From the NCBI GenBank assembly GCA_963715195.1, contig CAVQRT010000007.1:379657-443656 (forward strand): 64,000 bases of DNA, in the 5' to 3' direction. Positions 21,110 to 31,032 of this stretch are shown here, in pieces. The DNA is from Thermodesulfovibrionales bacterium. Its GTDB lineage: Bacteria > Nitrospirota > Thermodesulfovibrionia > Thermodesulfovibrionales > SM23-35. The stretch's first letter is position 1. The number at the start of each line of letters is the position of its first letter. The notes under the pieces are model-generated. The model ran no database searches. It was not told the DNA's origin and saw nothing but the letters and a program-made list of their open reading frames with translations. The translations under genes and the position numbers were made by a program.

Positions 21110-22216
21110 TTACCTCATTTTGCCTGTACCTGTAATGTGAACAGGCTGTCCATTCATGAGCCGCTCATTCCCTTTGATAACGATCTTCATCCCTTCCTGC
21201 AAAGCTTCTGAAGAGATTCCGATATTTTTTCCACTGTATCCGGTAACATCCACCGGTATCATAACTGCCTTTGAATCGTCAACACTGAACAGAAACGTCA
21301 TGCCTGATTTTCGAATGAGTGCGTCCCTCGAGACCAGAAGCGTTTTTTGCTGTTTGTCGCTGGGAAGCCTCACCCTCGCCTCCATACCGCCCATCAGAGA
21401 ACCGGCCTTATGTACCCTGACCTTGACGGGAAACGTCCGTGTTGCAATATCGCCACTGGGAATAATGGCAAAGACCTTTCCGGATTCGGTCTTCCCTCCT
21501 GCTTCAACAGACACGCTCATGCCCGGCTTCACATGTGCAAGCACGTCTTCAGGAACTTCAACGATAATATCGAACACTTCATCTCTTGCAACGGTTGCAA
21601 CAGCTGCACCTGAAGCAATCCACTCACCTCTCTGCACATGCTTCTTGATGATTACACCGTTGAATGGTGCAATGACATTCTTTTTCTGCAGTTCAAGCTC
21701 CAAGCGCTCAACTTCAGCCTTCAGGGAATCAGCTTTTTTTTCAAGGGACAATGCCCTGAATCGATAATCGTCGTAAGTCTTATCAGAGATGAGCTGCTCT
21801 GCATGAAGTTTTTCTGCTCTTTCGAGATCACGCTGTGCACTCGTCTGTTCTGTCAGAACCTGTTCGTGGGAAGCCTTCATTGCCTGCAGTGTTTTTTCAA
21901 GGAGATCTGATGCGATAGTAATGAGAACATCACCTTTCCTAACCCGTTTCCCTTCTTCAAACGTTATACTCTCTGCAAGTCCGCCGACCTCAGACGCGAT
22001 ATCGGATATTTCCTGATAATAAACGGTCCCTATGAATTCCGTCTGGGGTGACATCGTGCCTGAACGGAGTTCTTCAACAACCACATTTGCTGGAGGCATC
22101 CCCTGGGCATCGAGAACTCGCGATGAGACCAGTAATACAAAAAACACGCCTACAATCAATTGGATAAATCGCGCCATAGTCTTTTTCCCTCCTGCCTGTC
22201 CCTTATGCCAGGACAT
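21110..22216 (-). CDS. RND periplasmic adaptor (MFP)
   Basis: Lipoyl/hairpin pattern (IAPFNGVI, TRTFPVKV). Confidence 0.92.
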   Translation of the reverse strand: MSWHKGQAGGKKTMARFIQLIVGVFFVLLVSSRVLDAQGMPPANVVVEELRSGTMSPQTEFIGTVYYQEISDIASEVGGLAESITFEEGKRVRKGDVLITIASDLLEKTLQAMKASHEQVLTEQTSAQRDLERAEKLHAEQLISDKTYDDYRFRALSLEKKADSLKAEVERLELELQKKNVIAPFNGVIIKKHVQRGEWIASGAAVATVARDEVFDIIVEVPEDVLAHVKPGMSVSVEAGGKTESGKVFAIIPSGDIATRTFPVKVRVHKAGSLMGGMEARVRLPSDKQQKTLLVSRDALIRKSGMTFLFSVDDSKAVMIPVDVTGYSGKNIGISSEALQEGMKIVIKGNERLMNGQPVHITGTGKMR

Positions 22217-22218
22217 AG

Positions 22219-23583
22219 CTATTCCTTGAAAATTTCGGATTCGATCCTCCTGGTTACGGTCTCCAGCAGGCTTCCAGTCGCGCGCTGCAACTGGAGAAGG
22301 GCGAACTGGTAATCGTACTGAGATCTGAAGAGATCCAGTTCTGAAGTAACAAGGAGCGTATTTGCATCCAGTACATCCAGGCTGCTGGCCAGCCCGTACT
22401 GAAACTGTTTCTCGACCATATAAAAATTCTCACGTGCAAACGTAAACTGGTCCTTAAGTGACTGCAGGACACCTGCCTGAGTTTTCAGATTCAAATATGC
22501 CTCTTCGACCTCTAATCTTATGGTCTTTTTGAGATCCGATAGAGCAAGTTCAGCTTGTCTTTTTTTCGCTTCCGTCTCTCTTACCTCTGCTTTTCTCAAT
22601 CCTCCTTCAAAGAACGGGAAGTCGAGCCTGAGTGCACCGTATATGCTCTCCTCGTTGAAAAAAGGCGAAGAAGGTTCTTCATCCATGCGGACATATACGC
22701 CCTCGAGAATGAGTGTCGGCCAATATGCTCCCTTGGCGAACTTCACCTGGTCTTCAGCTATGCTCCTCTGAACAGCACCCGCCTTCATCTCTGCCCTTTT
22801 TAAAAATGCACTGTTCTGAAGGGACTCCAGATCCTTGCGTTCAAGCTGGCTGATCCAATGCAGGTCTGATTCCCTTATTTGAGAGTCTTCACCAAGCCCT
22901 ACAAAACGTGCGAGACTCGCTTTGGTAAACTTGAGAAGGTTTTCAGCCTTTACGAGATCTGCTTTAGAACCCGATAATTCAGCCTCAGCCCTCAGGAGAA
23001 GGGTTTTTGTCGTCTCACCGATTCTTAATTTTATCTCTGCATCGTCCCGGTATTTCTGCAACCGTTCAACGTTGGCATTTGCTATTTCGACCGCCTTCTG
23101 TGCCTTGAGAACATTAAAATATCTCAGCGAAACTCCGAGGAGATATTCCTCTCTGACAGTCGCGAAATCAAGCGCACTTTGTTCGATCCCTTTCCTGGAT
23201 ATCCTGTACGAAGTAATTTCTCTTCCTCCGAGGGATAACGACTGATCAAGCCGAAGCCCCCACATAGTTGATCTTTCTGGCTGAATCGAAAATCTTCCGA
23301 AAGAACTTGAAATCTCTTTCTCATCACTGTAACGGGTATAATCCCAGAAGGCGGATACCCTGGGAACGAGCGCCGAGCGGGCCTTATCTTTCTTCCGTTC
23401 GGCAATAACCACATCCTCTTCTGATATTTTGATCTTTTCCGACCGTTCAAGAGCAATCGTGAAAAGATCTGCAAGGGTATATTCTGTGGGAACAGTGCCC
23501 GCAGCAGAATCACCCGCAAGTTGTGCCGATGCGGGATGGAAAAGCAATAAAATCAGAACCGGAACGATACCGATCTTTTTCAT
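22219..23583 (-). CDS. TolC family outer membrane protein
   Basis: Signal peptide and OEP repeats (PFFEGG, GLASSLDVLDA). Confidence 0.93.
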   Translation of the reverse strand: MKKIGIVPVLILLLFHPASAQLAGDSAAGTVPTEYTLADLFTIALERSEKIKISEEDVVIAERKKDKARSALVPRVSAFWDYTRYSDEKEISSSFGRFSIQPERSTMWGLRLDQSLSLGGREITSYRISRKGIEQSALDFATVREEYLLGVSLRYFNVLKAQKAVEIANANVERLQKYRDDAEIKLRIGETTKTLLLRAEAELSGSKADLVKAENLLKFTKASLARFVGLGEDSQIRESDLHWISQLERKDLESLQNSAFLKRAEMKAGAVQRSIAEDQVKFAKGAYWPTLILEGVYVRMDEEPSSPFFNEESIYGALRLDFPFFEGGLRKAEVRETEAKKRQAELALSDLKKTIRLEVEEAYLNLKTQAGVLQSLKDQFTFARENFYMVEKQFQYGLASSLDVLDANTLLVTSELDLFRSQYDYQFALLQLQRATGSLLETVTRRIESEIFKE

Positions 23584-24170
23584 GGAACTGCTCCTTTCCC
23601 TCTTTTTCCAATACCATACAGTATGAAATCATTCAGTGTCGCTGGTGCGAGATGTACATCCCCATCCAATGCCATCGAGAGAATGACCCCTCTGAGCGAC
23701 CCCATGATAACCTTAGCCATATCATCTGCATTGCATTTCCTGAATTCGCCGGTACGAATCCCTTTTTGAATTATCTGTTCTATGAGCTCTCTCTGCTTCT
23801 TGAAGAATTTCCTTTTTTCCTGGATACCAAATGTAAACCCGTGCTCCCTGATATGAAGCAGAATAAATTCCTTGTGCTTGAAGGCATTCTCCATATGCAC
23901 GCATAAAAAATGTGATAACGCTCCAGAAGCAGACAGGGTCTCTCCGACAATCATTTCGGTCTTGCTTCCGATATCCAGCATCCTTTCACTGATAAGGCTT
24001 CGGTAAAGTTCCTCCTTGTTCCGAAAATACAGGTAAATGCCGCCTATGCTGATCCCGGCAGTCTGTGCTATCTCCCTCATGTTTGCTTTCGCATATCCTT
24101 TGCGAGAGAAGACATCCATCGCAGCCTTCATAATTTTCTGCTTCGACTCTATTCCTGAACGTTTGTTCAT
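23580..24170 (-). CDS. TetR/AcrR family regulator
   Basis: HTH IAQTAGISIGGIYLYFRNKEEL; first gene of the efflux operon. Confidence 0.95.
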   Translation of the reverse strand: MNKRSGIESKQKIMKAAMDVFSRKGYAKANMREIAQTAGISIGGIYLYFRNKEELYRSLISERMLDIGSKTEMIVGETLSASGALSHFLCVHMENAFKHKEFILLHIREHGFTFGIQEKRKFFKKQRELIEQIIQKGIRTGEFRKCNADDMAKVIMGSLRGVILSMALDGDVHLAPATLNDFILYGIGKRGKGAVP

Positions 24171-24213
24171 GTGAACCTATGTTCAGTATAAAGGGTCGCG
24201 TGGACCCTGTCAA
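24156..24213 (-). promoter_or_regulatory. Sigma70 promoter with tandem TetR operators
   Basis: Minus strand: TTGACA (24213-24208), 17 bp, TATACT (24190-24185). Palindromes TGAAC-N4-GTTCA at 24156-24169 and 24172-24185. Confidence 0.8.
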
Positions 24214-24345
24214 GTATACGGAAAATCTCACCGCATTTCATCCATACTGATTCCTGCCGGTCGCCGTTATTCCCGTCCTGTTGTTCAAATCACAGAACCC
24301 CGACACACCATTCTGGTAATATGTATGCACCGTGTGGTACCGGAA

Positions 24346-24510
24346 ATGAAAATATCGAAAAAGACAAAACTGATGAAGCGTCTCCCCCTTGAAGCAGTAC
24401 TCCGGCTCACGAGCTTTCCGGTCACGACTCAAAAGGGAGAAAAAGGATACAACAGGAAGAAATTACAAGAACAGAACAGAAAGAATGCAAGAGATGATAT
24501 CCAGCAATAA
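24346..24510 (+). CDS. Small basic protein, ArfA-like motif
   Basis: 54 aa, Lys/Arg-rich, contains KGEKGYNRKK; fills the gap before scpB. Confidence 0.5.
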   Translation: MKISKKTKLMKRLPLEAVLRLTSFPVTTQKGEKGYNRKKLQEQNRKNARDDIQQ

Positions 24511-24555
24511 AATTCTTGATATTATTACCAATTTCTGATATCTTTATCTCTATTT

Positions 24556-25089
24556 ATGGATCAGAACAGCGAGTATAAATCAATTTTTGAAGCAATGCTC
24601 TTTCTTTCCGGAGACGTTTTGCCGGTCCAGTCTTTCAGGGAAATCGTTGGAATATCCGAAGCTGATATGAAGCTTCTCATGAACGACCTCATTGCGGAGT
24701 ATCGTGACAGGAATAGGGGATTGCTCATTGTCGAGATTGCCAACGGCTATCAAATGGTAACAAATCCGGAATATGCCGGGTGGGTAAAGAAATTCAGGAC
24801 TATCCATACTTCAAGCAGATTGTCCATGCCAGCGCTCGAAACGCTCGCGATTATCGCCTACAAGCAGCCGATTATTAAAGCCGAGATTGAGCAGATTCGC
24901 GGGGTGAACTCCGACAGCGCAATCAGAACCCTGTATGACAAGCGGCTGATCAAGATCATGGGCCGCAAAGAGGCTCCCGGTAGGCCTTTCCTCTATGGTA
25001 CTACAAGAGAATTCCTCCAGTATTTCGGACTGAAGGATCTCACGGAGTTGCCTACCCTCAAGGATCTGAACCGGGAGGAAGCAGCATGA
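24556..25089 (+). CDS. scpB: SMC-Scp complex subunit ScpB
   Basis: LSMPALETLAIIAYKQP, IRGV, PGRP.LYGTT..FL..FGL. Confidence 0.96.
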   Translation: MDQNSEYKSIFEAMLFLSGDVLPVQSFREIVGISEADMKLLMNDLIAEYRDRNRGLLIVEIANGYQMVTNPEYAGWVKKFRTIHTSSRLSMPALETLAIIAYKQPIIKAEIEQIRGVNSDSAIRTLYDKRLIKIMGRKEAPGRPFLYGTTREFLQYFGLKDLTELPTLKDLNREEAA

Positions 25090-26216
25090 TGAAAGCATCT
25101 AAGAACAGCTTGTATCTGTCTATTACTGCCTCTATTATTGCGGTCCTGATTGCCGGAAGCAGTTATGCTGAGGTTACATACAAGGTGAAAAAAGGTGATA
25201 ATCCCTATAGCATAGCAAAAAAATTCAACGTCAACCATGACGATATCATTAAAATCAATGCAATCGACCCTCATCTTCTCAAGCCCGGCACCAGAATAAC
25301 GATACCTTCCCAAAAGCATGCGAACCCCCAAAAAGCTGACCCTCACCAGGAAACAACTGCTGAAGGTCCGGATCCTGTTCAGGAAAACGGAGATGATCGC
25401 ATCCAAAAGGAAGAGCCTTCTTTTCATATCGTGAAAAAGGGAGATACAATCTCGGCCCTCTCAAAAAAATATTCCATACCGGCACGGAAACTCATGGACA
25501 TAAACAATTTACGATCCACAAGGCTCAGAATCGGACAAAAGATTGCGTTGAAGCGACCGGAGGTTTCAGATTACACCGTGCGCAAGGGCGACACGATCTG
25601 GGATATTGCAGCAAGATTTGACACCAGCCCGGAAAATCTGATGGCCATGAACAGTCTCGAAACAGATTCCCTGAAACCGGGCCAAAAAATTCTCCTGAAG
25701 CGGAAGCCTGAACCGGCGGAACCCAAACCTTATGAGGCGATACTCTCTCAGGGTGAGGAGGAGCATGAAAGCGAACCAATACGAGAAGCACCAGAGGCAC
25801 CGGCGTCCGGATTACACAGCAGACTCATTCTGTTCGCAAAGAAGATGCTGGATATTCCCTACCGTTTCGGCGGTAACAGCCTGATCGGTATTGATTGTTC
25901 TGCTTATGTAAAAAAGGTATACAGCATGATTGGCGTTGTTCTTCCCCGGTCGGCAAGGGAGCAGTTTAATGAAGGCACACCTATTGATGTGGATAACCTT
26001 TCGAGCGGAGATCTCGTCTTTTTCAGAACTTACGCATCATATCCGTCGCACGTGGGGATTTATCTCGGGAACAACCTGTTTATTCATGCCTCGTCAAAGA
26101 AGAAGAAGGTTACCATTGACCGCCTTGATACACCGTTCTATGTCAAGAGATTTATCGGGGCAAAAAGGCTTCTCGACTTGAGTGCAAATAATCAGGAACC
26201 GGGGAAAGAGGGATAA
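25086..26216 (+). CDS. LysM x3 + NlpC/P60 peptidoglycan endopeptidase
   Basis: Three Y/H.V.KGD repeats; PYRFGG, DCSA, HVGIY, FIHAS. Confidence 0.93.
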   Translation: MMKASKNSLYLSITASIIAVLIAGSSYAEVTYKVKKGDNPYSIAKKFNVNHDDIIKINAIDPHLLKPGTRITIPSQKHANPQKADPHQETTAEGPDPVQENGDDRIQKEEPSFHIVKKGDTISALSKKYSIPARKLMDINNLRSTRLRIGQKIALKRPEVSDYTVRKGDTIWDIAARFDTSPENLMAMNSLETDSLKPGQKILLKRKPEPAEPKPYEAILSQGEEEHESEPIREAPEAPASGLHSRLILFAKKMLDIPYRFGGNSLIGIDCSAYVKKVYSMIGVVLPRSAREQFNEGTPIDVDNLSSGDLVFFRTYASYPSHVGIYLGNNLFIHASSKKKKVTIDRLDTPFYVKRFIGAKRLLDLSANNQEPGKEG

Positions 26217-26222
26217 CGGATT

Positions 26223-28220
26223 TCAAGAGACTATTGATCCCATATCCGAGATATCATAACCTCCGAGTCCCGTAACCGTCTCACGAAATTCCCTGTCCCC
26301 GCGAATAAGTGATACCAGACACCTGATCATTTCAGTGTCGAGATATTCTGCAGGGATAGCCAGATCATAGCGCTCCTTCGCAACCGGGATAAAATCGAGA
26401 TCGAGGGCACGTGCAGATGCAAGAATCGCGAGGCCCGTATCAGCAACTCCCGTCAGCACGGCTGAGGCAACACCCATATGGGTATATTCTTCTCTTTCGT
26501 ACCCTTTTACCTGAGCGGGACTGATACCCGATTCCCTCAGACATTTATCCGTCAGAAGCCTCGTCCCGGCGCCTGCCTGTCTGTTCACAAAAATGACGTC
26601 GCTCCTTGTCAGATCCTGAAATCCGGCAATATTTTTTGGATTGCCTTTCGTCACCAGGAGACCCTGCTCCCGGTAGACTAGATTCATGAGGATAATTTTC
26701 CTGTCCGGAAGGAGTCTCCGTATGAACGCGATATTGTATTCACCGGTCTCTTCGTCGAGCAGATGGGTGCCTGCGATATGAGCCTCACCCCGTTTCAGCG
26801 CAACCAGTCCGCCCATCGATCCCACGTGGGCTGAAGAGAGCGAGTATTTCGGGTAGCGCTTCTTCAAAATATTCGCGAGCAGGTCAAGAGTGTTGTCGTG
26901 ACTCCCAATGCAAACGATAGTATTCTCGATATCATGTTTTGACCTCAGGAGTTCAACAGGAATTTCTGTACCGGAACCGATCCCTTCAGACATTGCAGGT
27001 ATGCGGATAAAACCGTCCGCCCGCACCAGCGACATCAGAACTCCGGCCCCGCGGGTTATCGGCGTTGCAATATAGCGATCACCAACCTTCCCGACTTTCA
27101 CGCGCACGAATTCTTCCTGTCCGGGGGTCGAAGCAACCTGCCGTGAAAGCATCGCGCTCAGAATATCAGGTTCTTTGAGCTCGATCCCCTGCATTTTATA
27201 GACAAGAGGCTTCACAAAGAGTGTGAAAGTGATATACGCAGAGACCGGATAGCCGGGAATCCCGAGCACCGGCTTTCCCCTCACCCATCCAAGGATAAGA
27301 GGCTTTCCAGGTTTTATCCCAATGCCATGCAGCAGAACCTCTCCCAGGTCCCTGAGAGCCGCTCCGGTATAATCCTCGGTGCCTGCCGATGAACCTGCAT
27401 TCACAACCACCATATCACCGGCAGCGATTGCGTCCAGAATTGTCTTTTTAAGCTGTCCGGGGTCGTCAGGGACGACGCCGAACCTGACCGGGTCGCCACC
27501 CCATTCAGAGACCAGCCCACTGAGAATCCTTGAATTATATTCGATGATGTCGCCCTTCTTCAGAGGTGACCCGGGCTCTACAATTTCTGTACCGGTCGGC
27601 ACAATGACCACCCGCGGCTTCCTTCTCACCGGCACCTCCGTATGCCCGCCTGCAAGCATTGCACCGATATCGACCGGCCTGATCTTATGATTTTCAGGAA
27701 CAATCAACTCAGTTGCCACAATATCATCGCCGATGACCCTAATATGCTGCCACGGAGGAGCAGACGCGATAATCTCTATGCATTCAGTGTCCTCTTTACG
27801 GTTCGCTGACCGCAACCCTTTATGGACGTCTGCTGATTCAGAAGGACCGGACGGCGGGCTTTGAATCTTCCGGATATTCACATCTTCAATCATAATCACC
27901 GCATTAAAGCCGTCAGGGATGGGATCGCCTGTATCGACAGGGATAGCCTGCCTGCCGACAATAAGGCATTTAGGCGTCCTTTCCGAGGCACCGAATGTTT
28001 CAGGAAAGTTTACAGCATACCCGTCCATCGCTGACGAGTGATAAAAGGGGGAAGAGATCTTTGCGATGACCGCTTCGGCGGTAACCCTACCGAGAGAATC
28101 GATTAGCCTCACGGTCTCGGCGGGAAGAGGCCTGTCAACTGCTTCAGAGGCACACCGTTCAAGCCACTTTCTCAGCGCCTCATCCAGAGGAGTACTTTCA
28201 AGATAGACGTCCCGGGGCAC
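26223..28220 (-). CDS. moeA: Molybdopterin molybdotransferase MoeA fused to a PBP domain
   Basis: SAMDGYAV, IKPGKP, PGYPVS; C-terminal GSHD...GSMGGL...NRQ.G.GTR. Confidence 0.92.
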   Translation of the reverse strand: MPRDVYLESTPLDEALRKWLERCASEAVDRPLPAETVRLIDSLGRVTAEAVIAKISSPFYHSSAMDGYAVNFPETFGASERTPKCLIVGRQAIPVDTGDPIPDGFNAVIMIEDVNIRKIQSPPSGPSESADVHKGLRSANRKEDTECIEIIASAPPWQHIRVIGDDIVATELIVPENHKIRPVDIGAMLAGGHTEVPVRRKPRVVIVPTGTEIVEPGSPLKKGDIIEYNSRILSGLVSEWGGDPVRFGVVPDDPGQLKKTILDAIAAGDMVVVNAGSSAGTEDYTGAALRDLGEVLLHGIGIKPGKPLILGWVRGKPVLGIPGYPVSAYITFTLFVKPLVYKMQGIELKEPDILSAMLSRQVASTPGQEEFVRVKVGKVGDRYIATPITRGAGVLMSLVRADGFIRIPAMSEGIGSGTEIPVELLRSKHDIENTIVCIGSHDNTLDLLANILKKRYPKYSLSSAHVGSMGGLVALKRGEAHIAGTHLLDEETGEYNIAFIRRLLPDRKIILMNLVYREQGLLVTKGNPKNIAGFQDLTRSDVIFVNRQAGAGTRLLTDKCLRESGISPAQVKGYEREEYTHMGVASAVLTGVADTGLAILASARALDLDFIPVAKERYDLAIPAEYLDTEMIRCLVSLIRGDREFRETVTGLGGYDISDMGSIVS

Positions 28221-28222
28221 GT

Positions 28223-28570
28223 TTATTTATTGAGCAAGTTCTTAATCATGTTTTTCAATTCATCGAGGTCCGACGACTTTACAATATAGGCTTCGGATGC
28301 CCAGACGGCAAAATCATCCCGGTAGTCGTATGCGGTGGACATGATGATCGGAACCTTCGGATTCTTTTCCTTCATCTGCCTCAGCAGGCGGATACCGTCT
28401 ATGTCGGGCAGCAGAATGTCGAGTGTTACGATATCAGGTGTTTCCTTCTCGAACATGTCCATTGCCTCCTGCCCGTTCGAGGCAACAACAACCTCGTACC
28501 CCTCATCTTCAAACTCCTCCTTGTACAGCCTCTGAATGTGCAGGTCATCATCAACGACAAGTATTTTCAT
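28223..28570 (-). CDS. Single-domain response regulator
   Basis: KILVVDDD, VTLDILLPDIDG, YIVK. Confidence 0.93.
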   Translation of the reverse strand: MKILVVDDDLHIQRLYKEEFEDEGYEVVVASNGQEAMDMFEKETPDIVTLDILLPDIDGIRLLRQMKEKNPKVPIIMSTAYDYRDDFAVWASEAYIVKSSDLDELKNMIKNLLNK

Positions 28571-28589
28571 ATGCCTCCTCCCTCCCGTA

Positions 28590-31025
28590 TCACTCTTCTT
28601 TTATTGGTATTATCACCCTGAATGTGCTGCCCTCCCCTGCTGTGCTCTCCACTTCAATCCTTCCATCGTGTTCTTCAATAATCCGGTGGGTTATGGTAAG
28701 GCCGAGACCGGTACCGACTTCCTTGGTCGTATAAAATGGATCAAAAATAAACGGCAGGTCTTTTTCTGGAATGCCCGGTCCGGTGTCCCTGATCTCCAGC
28801 ACGCAGGTCCTGTTCTTACGGTAAATTCTGAGCAGAATTGTTCCGTTGTTTCCCAACGCCTGCATGGCATTTTTTACAATATTGAGCAATGCGTCCTTTA
28901 CCCGGTTCGGATCAACATAGAGTTCTACCGGGTCTCCGAAATCCAGTTCGAGGGAGATTCCCCGGTCGTCAATTTCCGAACGGATGAGGGCAATGACTTC
29001 CTCCATGAGTGTCTGAGCCGTAACGGGTTCTTTCCTGACCCGCGTTTCCTTCACAAAACTCAGGATATCATTGAGGATGTCTTCGAGCCTTCCGACTTCT
29101 TTGCCAATGATATCGGCATACTCTTTCTGGCCTCCGGTTAACTGCTTCTCGAGCCGGCGCGCAAAACCTCCGAGGGAAACGAGCGGATTCCGTATTTCAT
29201 GAGCCACCCGTGCAGCTACCTCCCCAAGTGCAGCCATCCTATCTGTCTTGATCACCCGCTCCCTGAGAGTTTTCAGTTCCGTAATATCACTCATGATATT
29301 TACGGTTCCCATAAATCGGCCGTTTACATCAAAGATTGGTGAGCTCGACATGATGAACGTAGCACCCATAAAGGGGTCTTCAAGTTCCTGGACAAATGCC
29401 TCCTTCGTTTCGACCGTCCTGTGATGAGGACACTCAGCCCACGGCTGCTGCATCCCGTGAAATATCTCATAACATTTCTTCCCGATGATCTCCTCAGGGA
29501 GTTTACCCAGCCTTTTGCTGACCGCCTGATTGATGTTCTTCACGACATAATCTTCCGCAACAAAGTAAACCATGTCGGAGATAGACTCAAAAATATTCTC
29601 GAGTTCCTGCTCCGCGAATTTCACCCGCTCGAAGAGCCGCGCGTTTTCGATCGCTGAAGCCACATGGTTTGAAAAGGCCGTCAAAAAGTGCATATCTTCT
29701 TCGATAATAGGCCTGTTGGTGAAATAGTTGTCTACCCAAAGGACCCCGATTACTTTGTTCCGCGAGATGAGGGGAACAGCAGCAAAAGCCCGCGTCCCCA
29801 ACTGCTGTATGAGGATAACATCCGAAAGCGGTTCTTTCCCGACATCATCGATATTGAATTGCTTGTGTTCTTTCACGGCTTTGCTTAGCGACGTCTCCTC
29901 TGCAAGGGGGATCTCTATGCTCTGGCTCAGCTTGTCAAAAAAAGAATCCTTCCTCATCAGTCCGGTATCGATCTCGTCCATCATATCCGGCAAAGTCTTT
30001 TTCTCGAGGGATAACCTTTCCCAGACATGAAATGCCTCCTCATAGCTTGCAGGGCCCACCCCCATCGCTCCCCGCAAGACATTCTTCTCCTCGTCGACGA
30101 GGAAGAGGATTGCACGGTTGAAGCCGAGTCCGTCTCCCATGGTAACCGCGGTGAGGACCATGCGCAGGACCCGGTTGAGATCGAGCGTTCCCCGCATGGC
30201 AGAACTGATGAAGAAAAGCCGCGAAAGTTCCTGGTTTCTCCTTACCAGTTCTTTCTCGACGTTTTTCTTTTCCGAAATGTCGCGCGATATTCCACTGATG
30301 CCGATAATCTCCCCTGCTACATTCTTGATCGGAGAGAGCGTCAGGCTCACCGATATGATGGTGCCGTCTTTCCTCTTCCTGAATGTCTCGACTCTCCTCA
30401 GCACCTCCCCGTTTCTGATCTTCCTGTTGTTTTCCCACTCAGGGTCCATGAGAAATTCAGGGACAAACGGGAGATATTTTCCGATGGCTTCCTCTTTCGT
30501 AAACCCGTACATTCGCTCTGCACCGGTGTTCCAGGAGAGGATAATTCCGTTCAGATCAGAGGTCACAATTGCATCGGCTGAATCTTCAATGATACTTTCG
30601 AGGTATTCCTTTGTCTGGGTAACCTCATTATAGAGTCTGAGAACCTCGTCATGACAGAGCATCCTGTCAGTAATATCCTGGATAAAGACAACACACTCGA
30701 TAACCTCTCCGTTCTCATTTTTTATCGGGTACGCCGACACTTCGGCGTACACCGCGGTATCCTGATTATTCTTCTTTTGGGTCATCGTGATCATCTGCCC
30801 TGTTTCAAATACCCCGACTGCTGCGCAATGAGGGCATATCTTGCCCTGTTCATGAAAAACTTCCCTGCAATCTCTGTTCAGGATTTCATCCGGTGGGTTA
30901 CCGGTCCATTTTGTTAGGGACTCGTTTGCATCCACGATCCTGAAATCCCTGTCAAGGATGACGATTCCGTCTCTGATATTCCTAAAAATCACTTCAGTAA
31001 ATTTCTGGCTATCCTTCATATCCAT
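28590..31025 (-). CDS. PAS/PAS/GAF/PAS histidine kinase
   Basis: AHEIRNPL, NIVKNA, DTGPGI, FDPFYTTK, GTGLGL. Confidence 0.95.
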   Translation of the reverse strand: MDMKDSQKFTEVIFRNIRDGIVILDRDFRIVDANESLTKWTGNPPDEILNRDCREVFHEQGKICPHCAAVGVFETGQMITMTQKKNNQDTAVYAEVSAYPIKNENGEVIECVVFIQDITDRMLCHDEVLRLYNEVTQTKEYLESIIEDSADAIVTSDLNGIILSWNTGAERMYGFTKEEAIGKYLPFVPEFLMDPEWENNRKIRNGEVLRRVETFRKRKDGTIISVSLTLSPIKNVAGEIIGISGISRDISEKKNVEKELVRRNQELSRLFFISSAMRGTLDLNRVLRMVLTAVTMGDGLGFNRAILFLVDEEKNVLRGAMGVGPASYEEAFHVWERLSLEKKTLPDMMDEIDTGLMRKDSFFDKLSQSIEIPLAEETSLSKAVKEHKQFNIDDVGKEPLSDVILIQQLGTRAFAAVPLISRNKVIGVLWVDNYFTNRPIIEEDMHFLTAFSNHVASAIENARLFERVKFAEQELENIFESISDMVYFVAEDYVVKNINQAVSKRLGKLPEEIIGKKCYEIFHGMQQPWAECPHHRTVETKEAFVQELEDPFMGATFIMSSSPIFDVNGRFMGTVNIMSDITELKTLRERVIKTDRMAALGEVAARVAHEIRNPLVSLGGFARRLEKQLTGGQKEYADIIGKEVGRLEDILNDILSFVKETRVRKEPVTAQTLMEEVIALIRSEIDDRGISLELDFGDPVELYVDPNRVKDALLNIVKNAMQALGNNGTILLRIYRKNRTCVLEIRDTGPGIPEKDLPFIFDPFYTTKEVGTGLGLTITHRIIEEHDGRIEVESTAGEGSTFRVIIPIKEE

Positions 31026-31032
31026 AAGAACG

